From the human T2T-CHM13v2.0 reference genome, Homo sapiens, in the NCBI RefSeq assembly GCF_009914755.1, contig NC_060941.1: a DNA stretch of 64,000 nt, one strand, 5' to 3'. The notes beneath the pieces are model-generated. The model did no database searches, was not told where the DNA came from, and was given only the letters and a program-made list of their open reading frames with translations. A program made the translations under genes and the position numbers. Shown one piece after another: positions 11,601 to 26,600 of this stretch. Within the stretch, counting starts at the first letter, position 1. Every line of letters starts with the position of its first letter.

Positions 11601-14600
11601 ATCTTCACCTAAATACTAGATAGAAGCATTCTCAGAAACTGCTTTGTGATGATTGCATTCACCTCACAGAGTTGAACATTCCTATTGATAGAGCAGTTTG
11701 GAAACACTCTTGTTGTGGAATGTGCAAGTGGAGATTTGGAGCGCTTTGAGGCCTATGGTAGTAAAGGGAATAGCTTCATAGAAAAACTAGACAGAAGCAT
11801 TCTCAGAAAATACTTTGTGATGATTGAGTTTAACTCACAGAGCTGAACATTCCTTTGGATGGAGCAGGTTTGAGACACACCTTTTGTAGAATCTACAAGT
11901 GGATATTTGGACCTCTCTGAGGATTTCGTTGGAAACGGGATAACTGCACCTAACTAAACGGAAGCATTCTCAGAAACTTCTTGGTGATGTTTGCATTCAA
12001 ATCCCAGAGTTGAACCTTCCTTTGATAGTTCAGGTTTGAAACACTCTTTTTGTAGGATCTGCAAGTGGATATTTGGACCACTCTGTGGCCTTCGTTCGAA
12101 ACGGGTATATCTTCGCATAAAATCTAGACAGAAGCCTTCTCAGAAACTTCTCTGTGATGATTGCATTCAACTCACAGAGTTGAACCCTCCTATGGATAGA
12201 GCAGTGTTGAAACTCTCTTTTTGTGGAATCTGCAAGTGGATATGTGGACCTCTCCGAAGATGTCTTTGGAAACGGGAATATCTTCACATAAAAACTAAAC
12301 AGAAGCATTCTCAGAAACTTCTCTGTGATGTTTGTGTTCAACTCCCAGAGTTTCACATTGCTTTTCATAGAGTAGTTCTGAAACATGCTTTTCGTAGTGT
12401 CTACAAGTGGACATTTGGAGCGCTTTCAGGCCTGTGGTGGAAAACGAATTATGGTCACATAAAAACTGGAGAGAAGCATTGTCAGAAACTTCTTTGTGAT
12501 GATTGCATTCAACTCACAGAGTTGAAGGTTCCTTTTCAAAGAGCAGTTTCCAATCACTCTTTCTGTGGAATCTGCAAGTGGATATTTGGACCTATTTTGA
12601 AGATTTCGTTGGAAACGGGAGAATCTTCACAGGAAAGCTAAACAGAAGCATTCTCAGAAACTTCTTTGTGATGCTTGCATTCAACTCACAGAGTTGAACT
12701 TTCCTTTCGAGAGAGAAGCTTTGAAACACTCTTTTTCCAGAATCTGCAAGTGGACATTTGGAGGGCTTTGAGGCCTGTGGTGGAAAAGGAATTATCTTCC
12801 CGTAAAAGCTAGATAGAAGCATTCTCAGAAACTACTTTGTGATGATTGCATTCAAGTCACAGAGTTGAACATTCCCTTTGACAGAGCAGTTTGGAAACTC
12901 TCTTTGTGTAGAATCTGCAAGTGGAGATATGGACCGCTTTGAGGCCTATGGTAGTAAAGGAAATAGCTTCATATAAAAGCTAGACAGTAGCATTCACAGA
13001 AAACTCTTGGTGACGACTGAGTTTAACTCACAGAGCTGAACATTCCTTTGGATGGAGCAGTTTCGAAACACACTATTTGTAGAATGTGCAAGTGGATATT
13101 TAGGCCTCTCTGAGGATTTCGTTGGAAACGGGTTAAACCGCACAGAACTAAACAGAAGCATTCTCAGAACCTTCTTCGTGATGTTTGCATTCAACTCACA
13201 GTGTTGAACCTTTCTTTGATAGTTCAGGTTTGAAACGGTCTTTCTGCAGAAACTGCAAGTAGATATTTGGACCTCTCTGAGGATTTCGTTGGAAACGGGA
13301 TAACCCGCACAGAACTAAAACAGAAGCATTCTCAGAACCCTCTTGGTGATGTTTGCATTCAACTCACAGTGCTGAACCTTTCTTTGATAGTTCAGCTTTG
13401 AAACACTCTTTTTGTAGAAAGTGCAAGTGGATATTTGGTCCTCTCTGAGGATTTCGTTGGAAACGGGATAAACTGCACAGAACTAAACAGAAGCATTCTC
13501 AGAACCTTCTTCGTGATGTCTGCATTCAACTCACAGTGTGGAACCTTTCTTTGATAGTTCAGGTTTGAAACACTCTTTTTGTAGAAACTGCAAGGGGATA
13601 ATTGCACTCTTTGAGGAGTACCGTAGTAAAGGAAATAACTTCCTATAAAAAGAAGACAGAAGCTTTCTCAGAAAATTCTTTGGGATGATTGAGTTGAACT
13701 CACAGAGCTGAGCATTCCTTGCGATGTAGCAGTTTAGAAACACACTTTCTGCAGAATCTGCAAGTGCATATTTGGACCTCTGTGAGGAATTCGTTGGAAA
13801 CGGGATAATTTCAGCTGACTAAACAGAAGCAGTCTCAGAATCTTCTTTGTGATGTTTGCATTCAAATCCCCGAGTTGAACTTTCCTTTCAAAGTTCACGT
13901 TTGAAACACTCTTTTTGCAGGATCTACAAGTGGATATTTGGACCACTCTGTGTCCTTCGTTCGAAACGGGTATATCTTCACATGACATCTAGACAGAAGC
14001 ATCCTCAGAAGCTTCTCTGTGATGACTGCATTCAACTCACGGAGTTGAACACTCCTTTTGAGAGCGCAGTTTTGAAACTCTCTTTCTGTGGCATCTGCAA
14101 GGGGACATGTAGACCTCTTTGAAGATTTCGTTGGAAACGGAATCATCTTCACATAAAAACTATACAGACGCATTCTCAGGAACTTTTTGGTGATGTTTGT
14201 ATTCAACTCCCAGAGTTGAACTTTCCTTTGGAAAGAGCAGCTATGAAACACTGTTTTTCTAGAATCTGCAAGTGGACGTTTGGAGGGCTTTGTGGTTTGT
14301 GGTGGAAAAGGAAATATCTTCACCTAAATACTAGATAGAAGCATTCTCAGAAACTGCTTTGTGATGATTGCATTCACCTCACAGAGTTGAACATTCCTAT
14401 TGATAGAGCAGTTTGGAAACACTCTTGTTGTGGAATGTGCAAGTGGAGATTTGGAGCGCTTTGAGGCCTATGGTAGTAAAGGGAATAGCTTCATAGAAAA
14501 ACTAGACAGAAGCATTCTCAGAAAATACTTTGTGATGATTGAGTTTAACTCACAGAGCTGAACATTCCTTTGGATGGAGCAGGTTTGAGACACACTTTTT

Positions 14601-17600
14601 GTAGAATCTACAAGTGGATATTTGGACCTCTCTGAGGATTTCGTTGGAAACGGGATAACTGCACCTAACTAAACGGAAGCATTCTCAGAAACTTCTTGGT
14701 GATGTTTGCATTCAAATCCCAGAGTTGAACCTTCCTTTGATAGTTCAGGTTTGAAACACTCTTTTTGTAGGATCTGCAAGTGGATATTTGGACCACTCTG
14801 TGGCCTTCGTTCGAAACGGGTATATCTTCGCATAAAATCTAGACAGAAGCCTTCTCAGAAACTTCTCTGTGATGATTGCATTCAACTCACAGAGTTGAAC
14901 CCTCCTATGGATAGAGCAGTGTTGAAACTCTCTTTTTGTGGAATCTGCAAGTGGATATGTGGACCTCTCCGAAGATGTCTTTGGAAACGGGAATATCTTC
15001 ACATAAAAACTAAACAGAAGCATTCTCAGAAACTTCTCTGTGATGTTTGTGTTCAACTCCCAGAGTTTCACATTGCTTTTCATAGAGTAGTTCTGAAACA
15101 TGCTTTTCGTAGTGTCTACAAGTGGACATTTGGAGCGCTTTCAGGCCTGTGGTGGAAAACGAATTATGGTCACATAAAAACTGGAGAGAAGCATTGTCAG
15201 AAACTTCTTTGTGATGATTGCATTCAACTCACAGAGTTGAAGGTTCCTTTTCAAAGAGCAGTTTCCAATCACTCTTTGTGTGGAATCTGCAAGTGGATAT
15301 TCGGACCTATTTTGAAGATTTCGTTGGAAACGGGAGAATCTTCACAGGAAAGCTAAACAGAAGCATTCTCAGAAACTTCTTTGTGATGCTTGCATTCAAC
15401 TCACAGAGTTGAACTTTCCTTTCGAGAGAGAAGCTTTGAAACACTCTTTTTCCAGAATCTGCAAGTGGACATTTGGAGGGCTTTGAGGCCTGTGGTGGAA
15501 AAGGAATTATCTTCCCGTAAAAGCTAGATAGAAGCATTCTCAGAAACTACTTTGTGATGATTGCATTCAAGTCACAGAGTTGAACATTCCCTTTGACAGA
15601 GCAGTTTGGAAACTCTCTTTGTGTAGAATCTGCAAGTGGAGATATGGACCGCTTTGAGGCCTATGGTAGTAAAGGAAATAGCTTCATATAAAAGCTAGAC
15701 AGTAGCATTCACAGAAAACTCTTGGTGACGACTGAGTTTAACTCACAGAGCTGAACATTCCTTTGGATGGAGCAGTTTCGAAACACACTATTTGTAGAAT
15801 GTGCAAGTGGATATTTAGGCCTCTCTGAGGATTTCGTTGGAAACGGGATAAACCGCACAGAACTAAACAGAAGCATTCTCAGAACCTTCTTCGTGATGTT
15901 TGCATTCAACTCACAGTGTTGAACCTTTCTTTGATAGTTCAGGTTTGAAACGGTCTTTCTGTAGAAACTGCAAGTAGATATTTGGACCCCTCTGAGGATT
16001 TCGTTGGAAACGGGATAACCCGCACAGAACTAAAACAGAAGCATTCTCAGAACCCTCTTCGTGATGTTTGCATTCAACTCACAGTGCTGAACCTTTCTTT
16101 GATAGTTCAGCTTTGAAACACTCTTTTTGTAGAAACTGCAAGTGGATATTTGGTCCTCTCTGAGGATTTCGTTGGAAACGGGATAAACTGCACAGAACTA
16201 AACAGAAGCATTCTCAGAACCTTCTTCGTGATGTCTGCATTCAACTCACAGTGTGGAACCTTTCTTTGATAGTTCAGGTTTGAAACACTCTTTTTGTAGA
16301 AACTGCAAGGGGATAATTGCACTCTTTGAGGAGTACCGTAGTAAAGGAAATAACTTCCTATAAAAAGAAGACAGAAGCTTTCTCAGAAAATTCTTTGGGA
16401 TGATTGAGTTGAACTCACAGAGCTGAGCATTCCTTGCGATGTAGCAGTTTAGAAACACACTTTCTGCAGAATCTGCAAGTGCATATTTGGACCTCTGTGA
16501 GGAATTCGTTGGAAACGGGATAATTTCAGCTGACTAAACAGAAGCAGTCTCAGAATCTTCTTTGTGATGTTTGCATTCAAATCCCCGAGTTGAACTTTCC
16601 TTTCAAAGTTCACGTTTGAAACACTCTTTTTGCAGGATCTACAAGTGGATATTTGGACCACTCTGTGTCCTTCGTTCGAAACGGGTATATCTTCACATGA
16701 CATCTAGACAGAAGCATCCTCAGAAGCTTCTCTGTGATGACTGCATTCAACTCACGGAGTTGAACACTCCTTTTGAGAGCGCAGTTTTGAAACTCTCTTT
16801 CTGTGGCATCTGCAAGGGGACATGTAGACCTCTTTGAAGATTTCGTTGGAAACGGAATCATCTTCACATAAAAACTATACAGATGCATTCTCAGGAACTT
16901 TTTGGTGATGTTTGTATTCAACTCCCAGAGTTGAACTTTCCTTTGGAAAGAGCAGCTATGAAACACTCTTTTTCTAGAATCTGCAAGTGGACGTTTGGAG
17001 GGCTTTGTGGTTTGTGGTGGAAAAGGAAATATCTTCACCTAAATACTAGATAGAAGCATTCTCAGAAACTGCTTTGTGATGATTGCATTCACCTCACAGA
17101 GTTGAACATTCCTATTGATAGAGCAGTTTGGAAACACTCTTGTTGTGGAATGTGCAAGTGGAGATTTGGAGCGCTTTGAGGCCTATGGTAGTAAAGGGAA
17201 TAGCTTCATAGAAAAACTAGACAGAAGCATTCTCAGAAAATACTTTGTGATGATTGAGTTTAACTCACAGAGCTGAACATTCCTTTGGATGGAGCAGGTT
17301 TGAGACACACCTTTTGTAGAATCTACAAGTGGATATTTGGACCTCTCTGAGGATTTCGTTGGAAACGGGATAACTGCACCTAACTAAACGGAAGCATTCT
17401 CAGAAACTTCTTGGTGATGTTTGCATTCAAATCCCAGAGTTGAACCTTCCTTTGATAGTTCAGGTTTGAAACACTCTTTTTGTAGGATCTGCAAGTGGAT
17501 ATTTGGACCACTCTGTGGCCTTCGTTCGAAACGGGTATATCTTCGCATAAAATCTAGACAGAAGCCTTCTCAGAAACTTCTCTGTGATGATTGCATTCAA

Positions 17601-20600
17601 CTCACAGAGTTGAACCCTCCTATGGATAGAGCAGTGTTGAAACTCTCTTTTTGTGGAATCTGCAAGTGGATATGTGGACCTCTCCGAAGATGTCTTTGGA
17701 AACGGGAATATCTTCACATAAAAACTAAACAGAAGCATTCTCAGAAACTTCTCTGTGATGTTTGTGTTCAACTCCCAGAGTTTCACATTGCTTTTCATAG
17801 AGTAGTTCTGAAACATGCTTTTCGTAGTGTCTACAAGTGGACATTTGGAGCGCTTTCAGGCCTGTGGTGGAAAACGAATTATGGTCACATAAAAACTGGA
17901 GAGAAGCATTGTCAGAAACTTCTTTGTGATGATTGCATTCAACTCACAGAGTTGAAGGTTCCTTTTCAAAGAGCAGTTTCCAATCACTCTTTGTGTGGAA
18001 TCTGCAAGTGGATATTTGGACCTATTTTGAAGATTTCGTTGGAAACGGGAGAATCTTCACAGGAAAGCTAAACAGAAGCATTCTCAGAAACTTCTTTGTG
18101 ATGCTTGCATTCAACTCACAGAGTTGAACTTTCCTTTCGAGAGAGAAGCTTTGAAACACTCTTTTTCCAGAATCTGCAAGTGGACATTTGGAGGGCTTTG
18201 AGGCCTGTGGTGGAAAAGGAATTATCTTCCCGTAAAAGCTAGATAGAAGCATTCTCAGAAACTACTTTGTGATTATTGCATTCAAGTCACAGAGTTGAAC
18301 ATTCCCTTTGACAGAGCAGTTTGGAAACTCTCTTTGTGTAGAATCTGCAAGTGGAGATATGGACCGCTTTGAGGCCTATGGTAGTAAAGGAAATAGCTTC
18401 ATATAAAAGCTAGACAGTAGCATTCACAGAAAACTCTTGGTGACGACTGAGTTTAACTCACAGAGCTGAACATTCCTTTGGATGGAGCAGTTTCGAAACA
18501 CACTATTTGTAGAATGTGCAAGTGGATATTTAGGCCTCTCTGAGGATTTCGTTGGAAACGGGATAAACCGCACAGAACTAAACAGAAGCATTCTCAGAAC
18601 CTTCTTCGTGATGTTTGCATTCAACTCACAGTGTTGAACCTTTCTTTGATAGTTCAGGTTTGAAACGGTCTTTCTGCAGAAACTGCAAGTAGATATTTGG
18701 ACCGCTCTGAGGATTTCGTTGGAAACGGGATAAACCTCACAGAACTAAAACAGAAGCATTCTCAGAACCCTCTTCGTGATGTTTGCATTCAACTCACAGT
18801 GCTGAACCTTTCTTTGATAGTTCAGCTTTGAAACACTCTTTTTGTAGAAACTGCAAGTGGATATTTGGTCCTCTCTGAGGAATTCGTTGGAAACGGGATA
18901 AACTGCACAGAACTAAACAGAAGCATTCTCAGAACCTTCTTCGTGATGTCTGCATTCAACTCACAGTGTGGAACCTTTCTTTGATAGTTCAGGTTTGAAA
19001 CACTCTTTTTGTAGAAACTGCAAGGGGATAATTGCACTCTTTGAGGAGTACCGTAGTAAAGGAAATAACTTCCTATAAAAAGAAGACAGAAGCTTTCTCA
19101 GAAAATTCTTTGGGATGATTGAGTTGAACTCACAGAGCTGAGCATTCCTTGCGATGTAGCAGTTTAGAAACACACTTTCTGCAGAATCTGCAAGTGCATA
19201 TTTGGACCTCTGTGAGGAATTCGTTGGAAACGGGATAATTTCAGCTGACTAAACAGAAGCAGTCTCAGAATCTTCTTTGTGATGTTTGCATTCAAATCCC
19301 CGAGTTGAACTTTCCTTTCAAAGTTCACGTTTGAAACACTCTTTTTGCAGGATCTACAAGTGGATATTTGGACCACTCTGTGTCCTTCGTTCGAAACGGG
19401 TATATCTTCACATGACATCTAGACAGAAGCATCCTCAGAAGCTTCTCTGTGATGACTGCATTCAACTCACGGAGTTGAACACTCCTTTTGAGAGCGCAGT
19501 TTTGAAACTCTCTTTCTGTGGCATCTGCAAGGGGACATGTAGACCTCTTTGAAGATTTCGTTGGAAACGGAATCATCTTCACATAAAAACTATACAGATG
19601 CATTCTCAGGAACTTTTTGGTGATGTTTGTATTCAACTCCCAGAGTTGAACTTTCCTTTGGAAAGAGCAGCTATGAAACACTGTTTTTCTAGAATCTGCA
19701 AGTGGACGTTTGGAGGGCTTTGTGGTTTGTGGTGGAAAAGGAAATATCTTCACCTAAATACTAGATAGAAGCATTCTCAGAAACTGCTTTGTGATGATTG
19801 CATTCACCTCACAGAGTTGAACATTCCTATTGATAGAGCAGTTTGGAAACACTCTTGTTGTGGAATGTGCAAGTGGAGATTTGGAGCGCTTTGAGGCCTA
19901 TGGTAGTAAAGGGAATAGCTTCATAGAAAAACTAGACAGAAGCATTCTCAGAAAATACTTTGTGAAGATTGAGTTTAACTCACAGAGCTGAACATTCCTT
20001 TGGATGGTGCAGGTTTGAGACACACTTTTTGTAGAATCTACAAGTGGATATTTGGACCTCTCTGAGGATTTCGTTGGAAACGGGATAACTGCACCTAACT
20101 AAACGGAAGCATTCTCAGAAACTTCTTGGTGATGTTTGCATTCAAATCCCAGAGTTGAACCTTCCTTTGATAGTTCAGGTTTGAAACACTCTTTTTGTAG
20201 GATCTGCAAGTGGATATTTGGACCACTCTGTGGCCTTCGTTCGAAACGGGTATATCTTCGCATAAAATCTAGACAGAAGCCTTCTCAGAAACTTCTCTGT
20301 GATGATTGCATTCAACTCACAGAGTTGAACCCTCCTATGGATAGAGCAGTGTTGAAACTCTCTTTTTGTGGAATCTGCAAGTGGATATGTGGACCTCTCC
20401 GAAGATGTCTTTGGAAACGGGAATATCTTCACATAAAAACTAAACAGAAGCATTCTCAGAAACTTCTCTGTGATGTTTGTGTTCAACTCCCAGAGTTTCA
20501 CATTGCTTTTCATAGAGTAGTTCTGAAACATGCTTTTCGTAGTGTCTACAAGTGGACATTTGGAGCGCTTTCAGGCCTGTGGTGGAAAACGAATTATGGT

Positions 20601-23600
20601 CACATAAAAACTGGAGAGAAGCATTGTCAGAAACTTCTTTGTGATGATTGCATTCAACTCACAGAGTTGAAGGTTCCTTTTCAAAGAGCAGTTTCCAATC
20701 ACTCTTTGTGTGGAATCTGCAAGTGGATATTCGGACCTATTTTGAAGATTTCGTTGGAAACGGGAGAATCTTCACAGGAAAGCTAAACAGAAGCATTCTC
20801 AGAAACTTCTTTGTGATGCTTGCATTCAACTCACAGAGTTGAACTTTCCTTTCGAGAGAGAAGCTTTGAAACACTCTTTTTCCAGAATCTGCAAGTGGAC
20901 ATTTGGAGGGCTTTGAGGCCTGTGGTGGAAAAGGAATTATCTTCCCGTAAAAGCTAGATAGAAGCATTCTCAGAAACTACTTTGTGATGATTGCATTCAA
21001 GTCACAGAGTTGAACATTCCCTTTGACAGAGCAGTTTGGAAACTCTCTTTGTGTAGAATCTGCAAGTGGAGATATGGACCGCTTTGAGGCCTATGGTAGT
21101 AAAGGAAATAGCTTCATATAAAAGCTAGACAGTAGCATTCACAGAAAACTCTTGGTGACGACTGAGTTTAACTCACAGAGCTGAACATTCCTTTGGATGG
21201 AGCAGTTTCGAAACACACTATTTGTAGAATGTGCAAGTGGATATTTAGGCCTCTCTAAGGATTTCGTTGGAAACGGGATAAACCGCACAGAACTAAACAG
21301 AAGCATTCTCAGAACCTTCTTCGTGATGTTTGCATTCAACTCACAGTGTTGAACCTTTCTTTGATAGTTCAGGTTTGAAACGGTCTTTCTGTAGAAACTG
21401 CAAGTAGATATTTGGACCTCTCTGAGGATTTCGTTGGAAACGGGATAACCCGCACAGAACTAAAACAGAAGCATTCTCAGAACCCTCTTCGTGATGTTTG
21501 CATTCAACTCACAGTGCTGAACCTTTCTTTGATAGTTCAGCTTTGAAACACTCTTTTTGTAGAAACTGCAAGTGGATATTTGGTCCTCTCTGAGCATTTC
21601 GTTGGAAACGGGATAAACTGCACAGAACTAAACAGAAGCATTCTCAGAACCTTCTTCGTGATGTCTGCATTCAACTCACAGTGTGGAACCTTTCTTTGAT
21701 AGTTCAGGTTTGAAACACTCTTTTTGTAGAAACTGCAAGGGGATAATTGCACTCTTTGAGGAGTACCGTAGTAAAGGAAATAACTTCCTATAAAAAGAAG
21801 ACAGAAGCTTTCTCAGAAAATTCTTTGGGATGATTGAGTTGAACTCACAGAGCTGAGCATTCCTTGCGATGTAGCAGTTTAGAAACACACTTTCTGCAGA
21901 ATCTGCAAGTGCATATTTGGACCTCTGTGAGGAATTCGTTGGAAACGGGATAATTTCAGCTGACTAAACAGAAGCAGTCTCAGAATCTTCTTTGTGATGT
22001 TTGCATTCAAATCCCCGAGTTGAACTTTCCTTTCAAAGTTCACGTTTGAAACACTCTTTTTGCAGGATCTACAAGTGGATATTTGGACCACTCTGTGTCC
22101 TTCGTTCGAAACGGGTATATCTTCACATGACATCTAGACAGAAGCATCCTCAGAAGCTTCTCTGTGATGACTGCATTCAACTCACGGAGTTGAACACTCC
22201 TTTTGAGAGCGCAGTTTTGAAACTCTCTTTCTGTGGCATCTGCAAGGGGACATGTAGACCTCTTTGAAGATTTCGTTGGAAACGGAATCATCTTCACATA
22301 AAAACTATACAGATGCATTCTCAGGAACTTTTTGGTGATGTTTGTATTCAACTCCCAGAGTTGAACTTTCCTTTGGAAAGAGCAGCTATGAAACACTGTT
22401 TTTCTAGAATCTGCAAGTGGACGTTTGGAGGGCTTTGTGGTTTGTGGTGGAAAAGGAAATATCTTCACCTAAATACTAGATAGAAGCATTCTCAGAAACT
22501 GCTTTGTGATGATTGCATTCACCTCACAGAGTTGAACATTCCTATTGATAGAGCAGTTTGGAAACACTCTTGTTGTGGAATGTGCAAGTGGAGATTTGGA
22601 GCGCTTTGAGGCCTATGGTAGTAAAGGGAATAGCTTCATAGAAAAACTAGACAGAAGCATTCTCAGAAAATACTTTGTGATGATTGAGTTTAACTCACAG
22701 AGCTGAACATTCCTTTGGATGGAGCAGGTTTGAGACACACTTTTTGTAGAATCTACAAGTGGATATTTGGACCTCTCTGAGGATTTCGTTGGAAACGGGA
22801 TAACTGCACCTAACTAAACGGAAGCATTCTCAGAAACTTCTTGGTGATGTTTGCATTCAAATCCCAGAGTTGAACCTTCCTTTGATAGTTCAGGTTTGAA
22901 ACACTCTTTTTGTAGGATCTGCAAGTGGATATTTGGACCACTCTGTGGCCTTCGTTCGAAACGGGTATATCTTCGCATAAAATCTAGACAGAAGCCTTCT
23001 CAGAAACTTCTCTGTGATGATTGCATTCAACTCACAGAGTTGAGCCCTCCTATGGATAGAGCAGTGTTGAAACTCTCTTTTTGTGGAATCTGCAAGTGGA
23101 TATGTGGACCTCTCCGAAGATGTCTTTGGAAACGGGAATATCTTCACATAAAAACTAAACAGAAGCATTCTCAGAAACTTCTCTGTGATGTTTGTGTTCA
23201 ACTCCCAGAGTTTCACATTGCTTTTCATAGAGTAGTTCTGAAACATGCTTTTCGTAGTGTCTACAAGTGGACATTTGGAGCGCTTTCAGGCCTGTGGTGG
23301 AAAACGAATTATGGTCACATAAAAACTGGAGAGAAGCATTGTCAGAAACTTCTTTGTGATGATTGCATTCAACTCACAGAGTTGAAGGTTCCTTTTCAAA
23401 GAGCAGTTTCCAATCACTCTTTCTGTGGAATCTGCAAGTGGATATTTGGACCTATTTTGAAGATTTCGTTGGAAACGGGAGAATCTTCACAGGAAAGCTA
23501 AACAGAAGCATTCTCAGAAACTTCTTTGTGATGCTTGCATTCAACTCACAGAGTTGAACTTTCCTTTCGAGAGAGAAGCTTTGAAACACTCTTTTTCCAG

Positions 23601-26600
23601 AATCTGCAAGTGGACATTTGGAGGGCTTTGAGGCCTGTGGTGGAAAAGGAATTATCTTCCCGTAAAAGCTAGATAGAAGCATTCTCAGAAACTACTTTGT
23701 GATGATTGCATTCAAGTCACAGAGTTGAACATTCCCTTTGACAGAGCAGTTTGGAAACTCTCTTTGTGTAGAATCTGCAAGTGGAGATATGGACCGCTTT
23801 GAGGCCTATGGTAGTAAAGGAAATAGCTTCATATAAAAGCTAGACAGTAGCATTCACAGAAAACTCTTGGTGACGACTGAGTTTACCTCACAGAGCTGAA
23901 CATTCCTTTGGATGGAGCAGTTTCGAAACACACTATTTGTAGAATGTGCAAGTGGATAGTTAGGCCTCTCTGAGGATTTCGTTGGAAACGGGATAAACCG
24001 CACAGAACTAAACAGAAGCATTCTCAGAACCTTCTTCGTGATGTTTGCATTCAACTCACAGTGTTGAACCTTTCTTTGATAGTTCAGGTTTGAAACGGTC
24101 TTTCTGCAGAAACTGCAAGTAGATATTTGGACCGCTCTGAGGATTTCGTTGGAAACGGGATAAACCTCACAGAACTAAAACAGAAGCATTCTCAGAACCC
24201 TCTTCGTGATGTTTGCATTCAACTCACAGTGCTGAACCTTTCTTTGATAGTTCAGCTTTGAAACACTCTTTTTGTAGAAACTGCAAGTGGATATTTGGTC
24301 CTCTCTGAGGATTTCGTTGGAAACGGGATAAACTGCACAGAACTAAACAGAAGCATTCTCAGAACCTTCTTCGTGATGTCTGCATTCAACTCACAGTGTG
24401 GAACCTTTCTTTGATAGTTCAGGTTTGAAACACTCTTTTTGTAGAAACTGCAAGGGGATAATTGCACTCTTTGAGGAGTACCGTAGTAAAGGAAATAACT
24501 TCCTATAAAAAGAAGACAGAAGCTTTCTCAGAAAATTCTTTGGGATGATTGAGTTGAACTCACAGAGCTGAGCATTCCTTGCGATGTAGCAGTTTAGAAA
24601 CACACTTTCTGCAGAATCTGCAAGTGCATATTTGGACCTCTGTGAGGAATTCGTTGGAAACGGGATAATTTCAGCTGACTAAACAGAAGCAGTCTCAGAA
24701 TCTTCTTTGTGATGTTTGCATTCAAATCCCCGAGTTGAACTTTCCTTTCAAAGTTCACGTTTGAAACACTCTTTTTGCAAGATCTACAAGTGGATATTTG
24801 GACCACTCTGTGTCCTTCGTTCGAAACGGGTATATCTTCACATGACATCTAGACAGAAGCATCCTCAGAAGCTTCTCTGTGATGACTGCATTCAACTCAC
24901 GGAGTTGAACACTCCTTTTGAGAGCGCAGTTTTGAAACTCTCTTTCTGTGGCATCTGCAAGGGGACATGTAGACCTCTTTGAAGATTTCGTTGGAAACGG
25001 AATCATCTTCACATAAAAACTATACAGATGCATTCTCAGGAACTTTTTGGTGATGTTTGTATTCAACTCCCAGAGTTGAACTTTCCTTTGGAAAGAGCAG
25101 CTATGAAACACTGTTTTTCTAGAATCTGCAAGTGGACGTTTGGAGGGCTTTGTGGTTTGTGGTGGAAAAGGAAATATCTTCACCTAAATACTAGATAGAA
25201 GCATTCTCAGAAACTGCTTTGTGATGATTGCATTCACCTCACAGAGTTGAACATTCCTATTGATAGAGCAGTTTGGAAACACTCTTGTTGTGGAATGTGC
25301 AAGTGGAGATTTGGAGCGCTTTGAGGCCTATGGTAGTAAAGGGAATAGCTTCATAGAAAAACTAGACAGAAGCATTCTCAGAAAATACTTTGTGAAGATT
25401 GAGTTTAACTCACAGAGCTGAACATTCCTTTGGATGGTGCAGGTTTGAGACACACTTTTTGTAGAATCTACAAGTGGATATTTGGACCTCTCTGAGGATT
25501 TCGTTGGAAACGGGATAACTGCACCTAACTAAACGGAAGCATTCTCAGAAACTTCTTGGTGATGTTTGCATTCAAATCCCAGAGTTGAACCTTCCTTTGA
25601 TAGTTCAGGTTTGAAACACTCTTTTTGTAGGATCTGCAAGTGGATATTTGGACCACTCTGTGGCCTTCGTTCGAAACGGGTATATCTTCGCATAAAATCT
25701 AGACAGAAGCCTTCTCAGAAACTTCTCTGTGATGATTGCATTCAACTCACAGAGTTGAACCCTCCTATGGATAGAGCAGTGTTGAAACTCTCTTTTTGTG
25801 GAATCTGCAAGTGGATATGTGGACCTCTCCGAAGATGTCTTTGGAAACGGGAATATCTTCACATAAAAACTTAACAGAAGCATTCTCAGAAACTTCTCTG
25901 TGATGTTTGTGTTCAACTCCCAGAGTTTCACATTGCTTTTCATAGAGTAGTTCTGAAACATGCTTTTCGTAGTGTCTACAAGTGGACATTTGGAGCGCTT
26001 TCAGGCCTGTGGTGGAAAACGAATTATGGTCACATAAAAACTGGAGAGAAGCATTGTCAGAAACTTCTTTGTGATGATTGCATTCAACTCACAGAGTTGA
26101 AGGTTCCTTTTCAAAGAGCAGTTTCCAATCACTCTTTCTGTGGAATCTGCAAGTGGATATTTGGACCTATTTTGAAGATTTCGTTGGAAACGGGAGAATC
26201 TTCACAGGAAAGCTAAACAGAAGCATTCTCAGAAACTTCTTTGTGATGCTTGCATTCAACTCACAGAGTTGAACTTTCCTTTCGAGAGAGAAGCTTTGAA
26301 ACACTCTTTTTCCAGAATCTGCAAGTGGACATTTGGAGGGCTTTGAGGCCTGTGGTGGAAAAGGAATTATCTTCCCGTAAAAGCTAGATAGAAGCATTCT
26401 CAGAAACTACTTTGTGATGATTGCATTCAAGTCACAGAGTTGAACATTCCCTTTGACAGAGCAGTTTGGAAACTCTCTTTGTGTAGAATCTGCAAGTGGA
26501 GATATGGACCGCTTTGAGGCCTATGGTAGTAAAGGAAATAGCTTCATATAAAAGCTAGACAGTAGCATTCACAGAAAACTCTTGGTGACGACTGAGTTTA

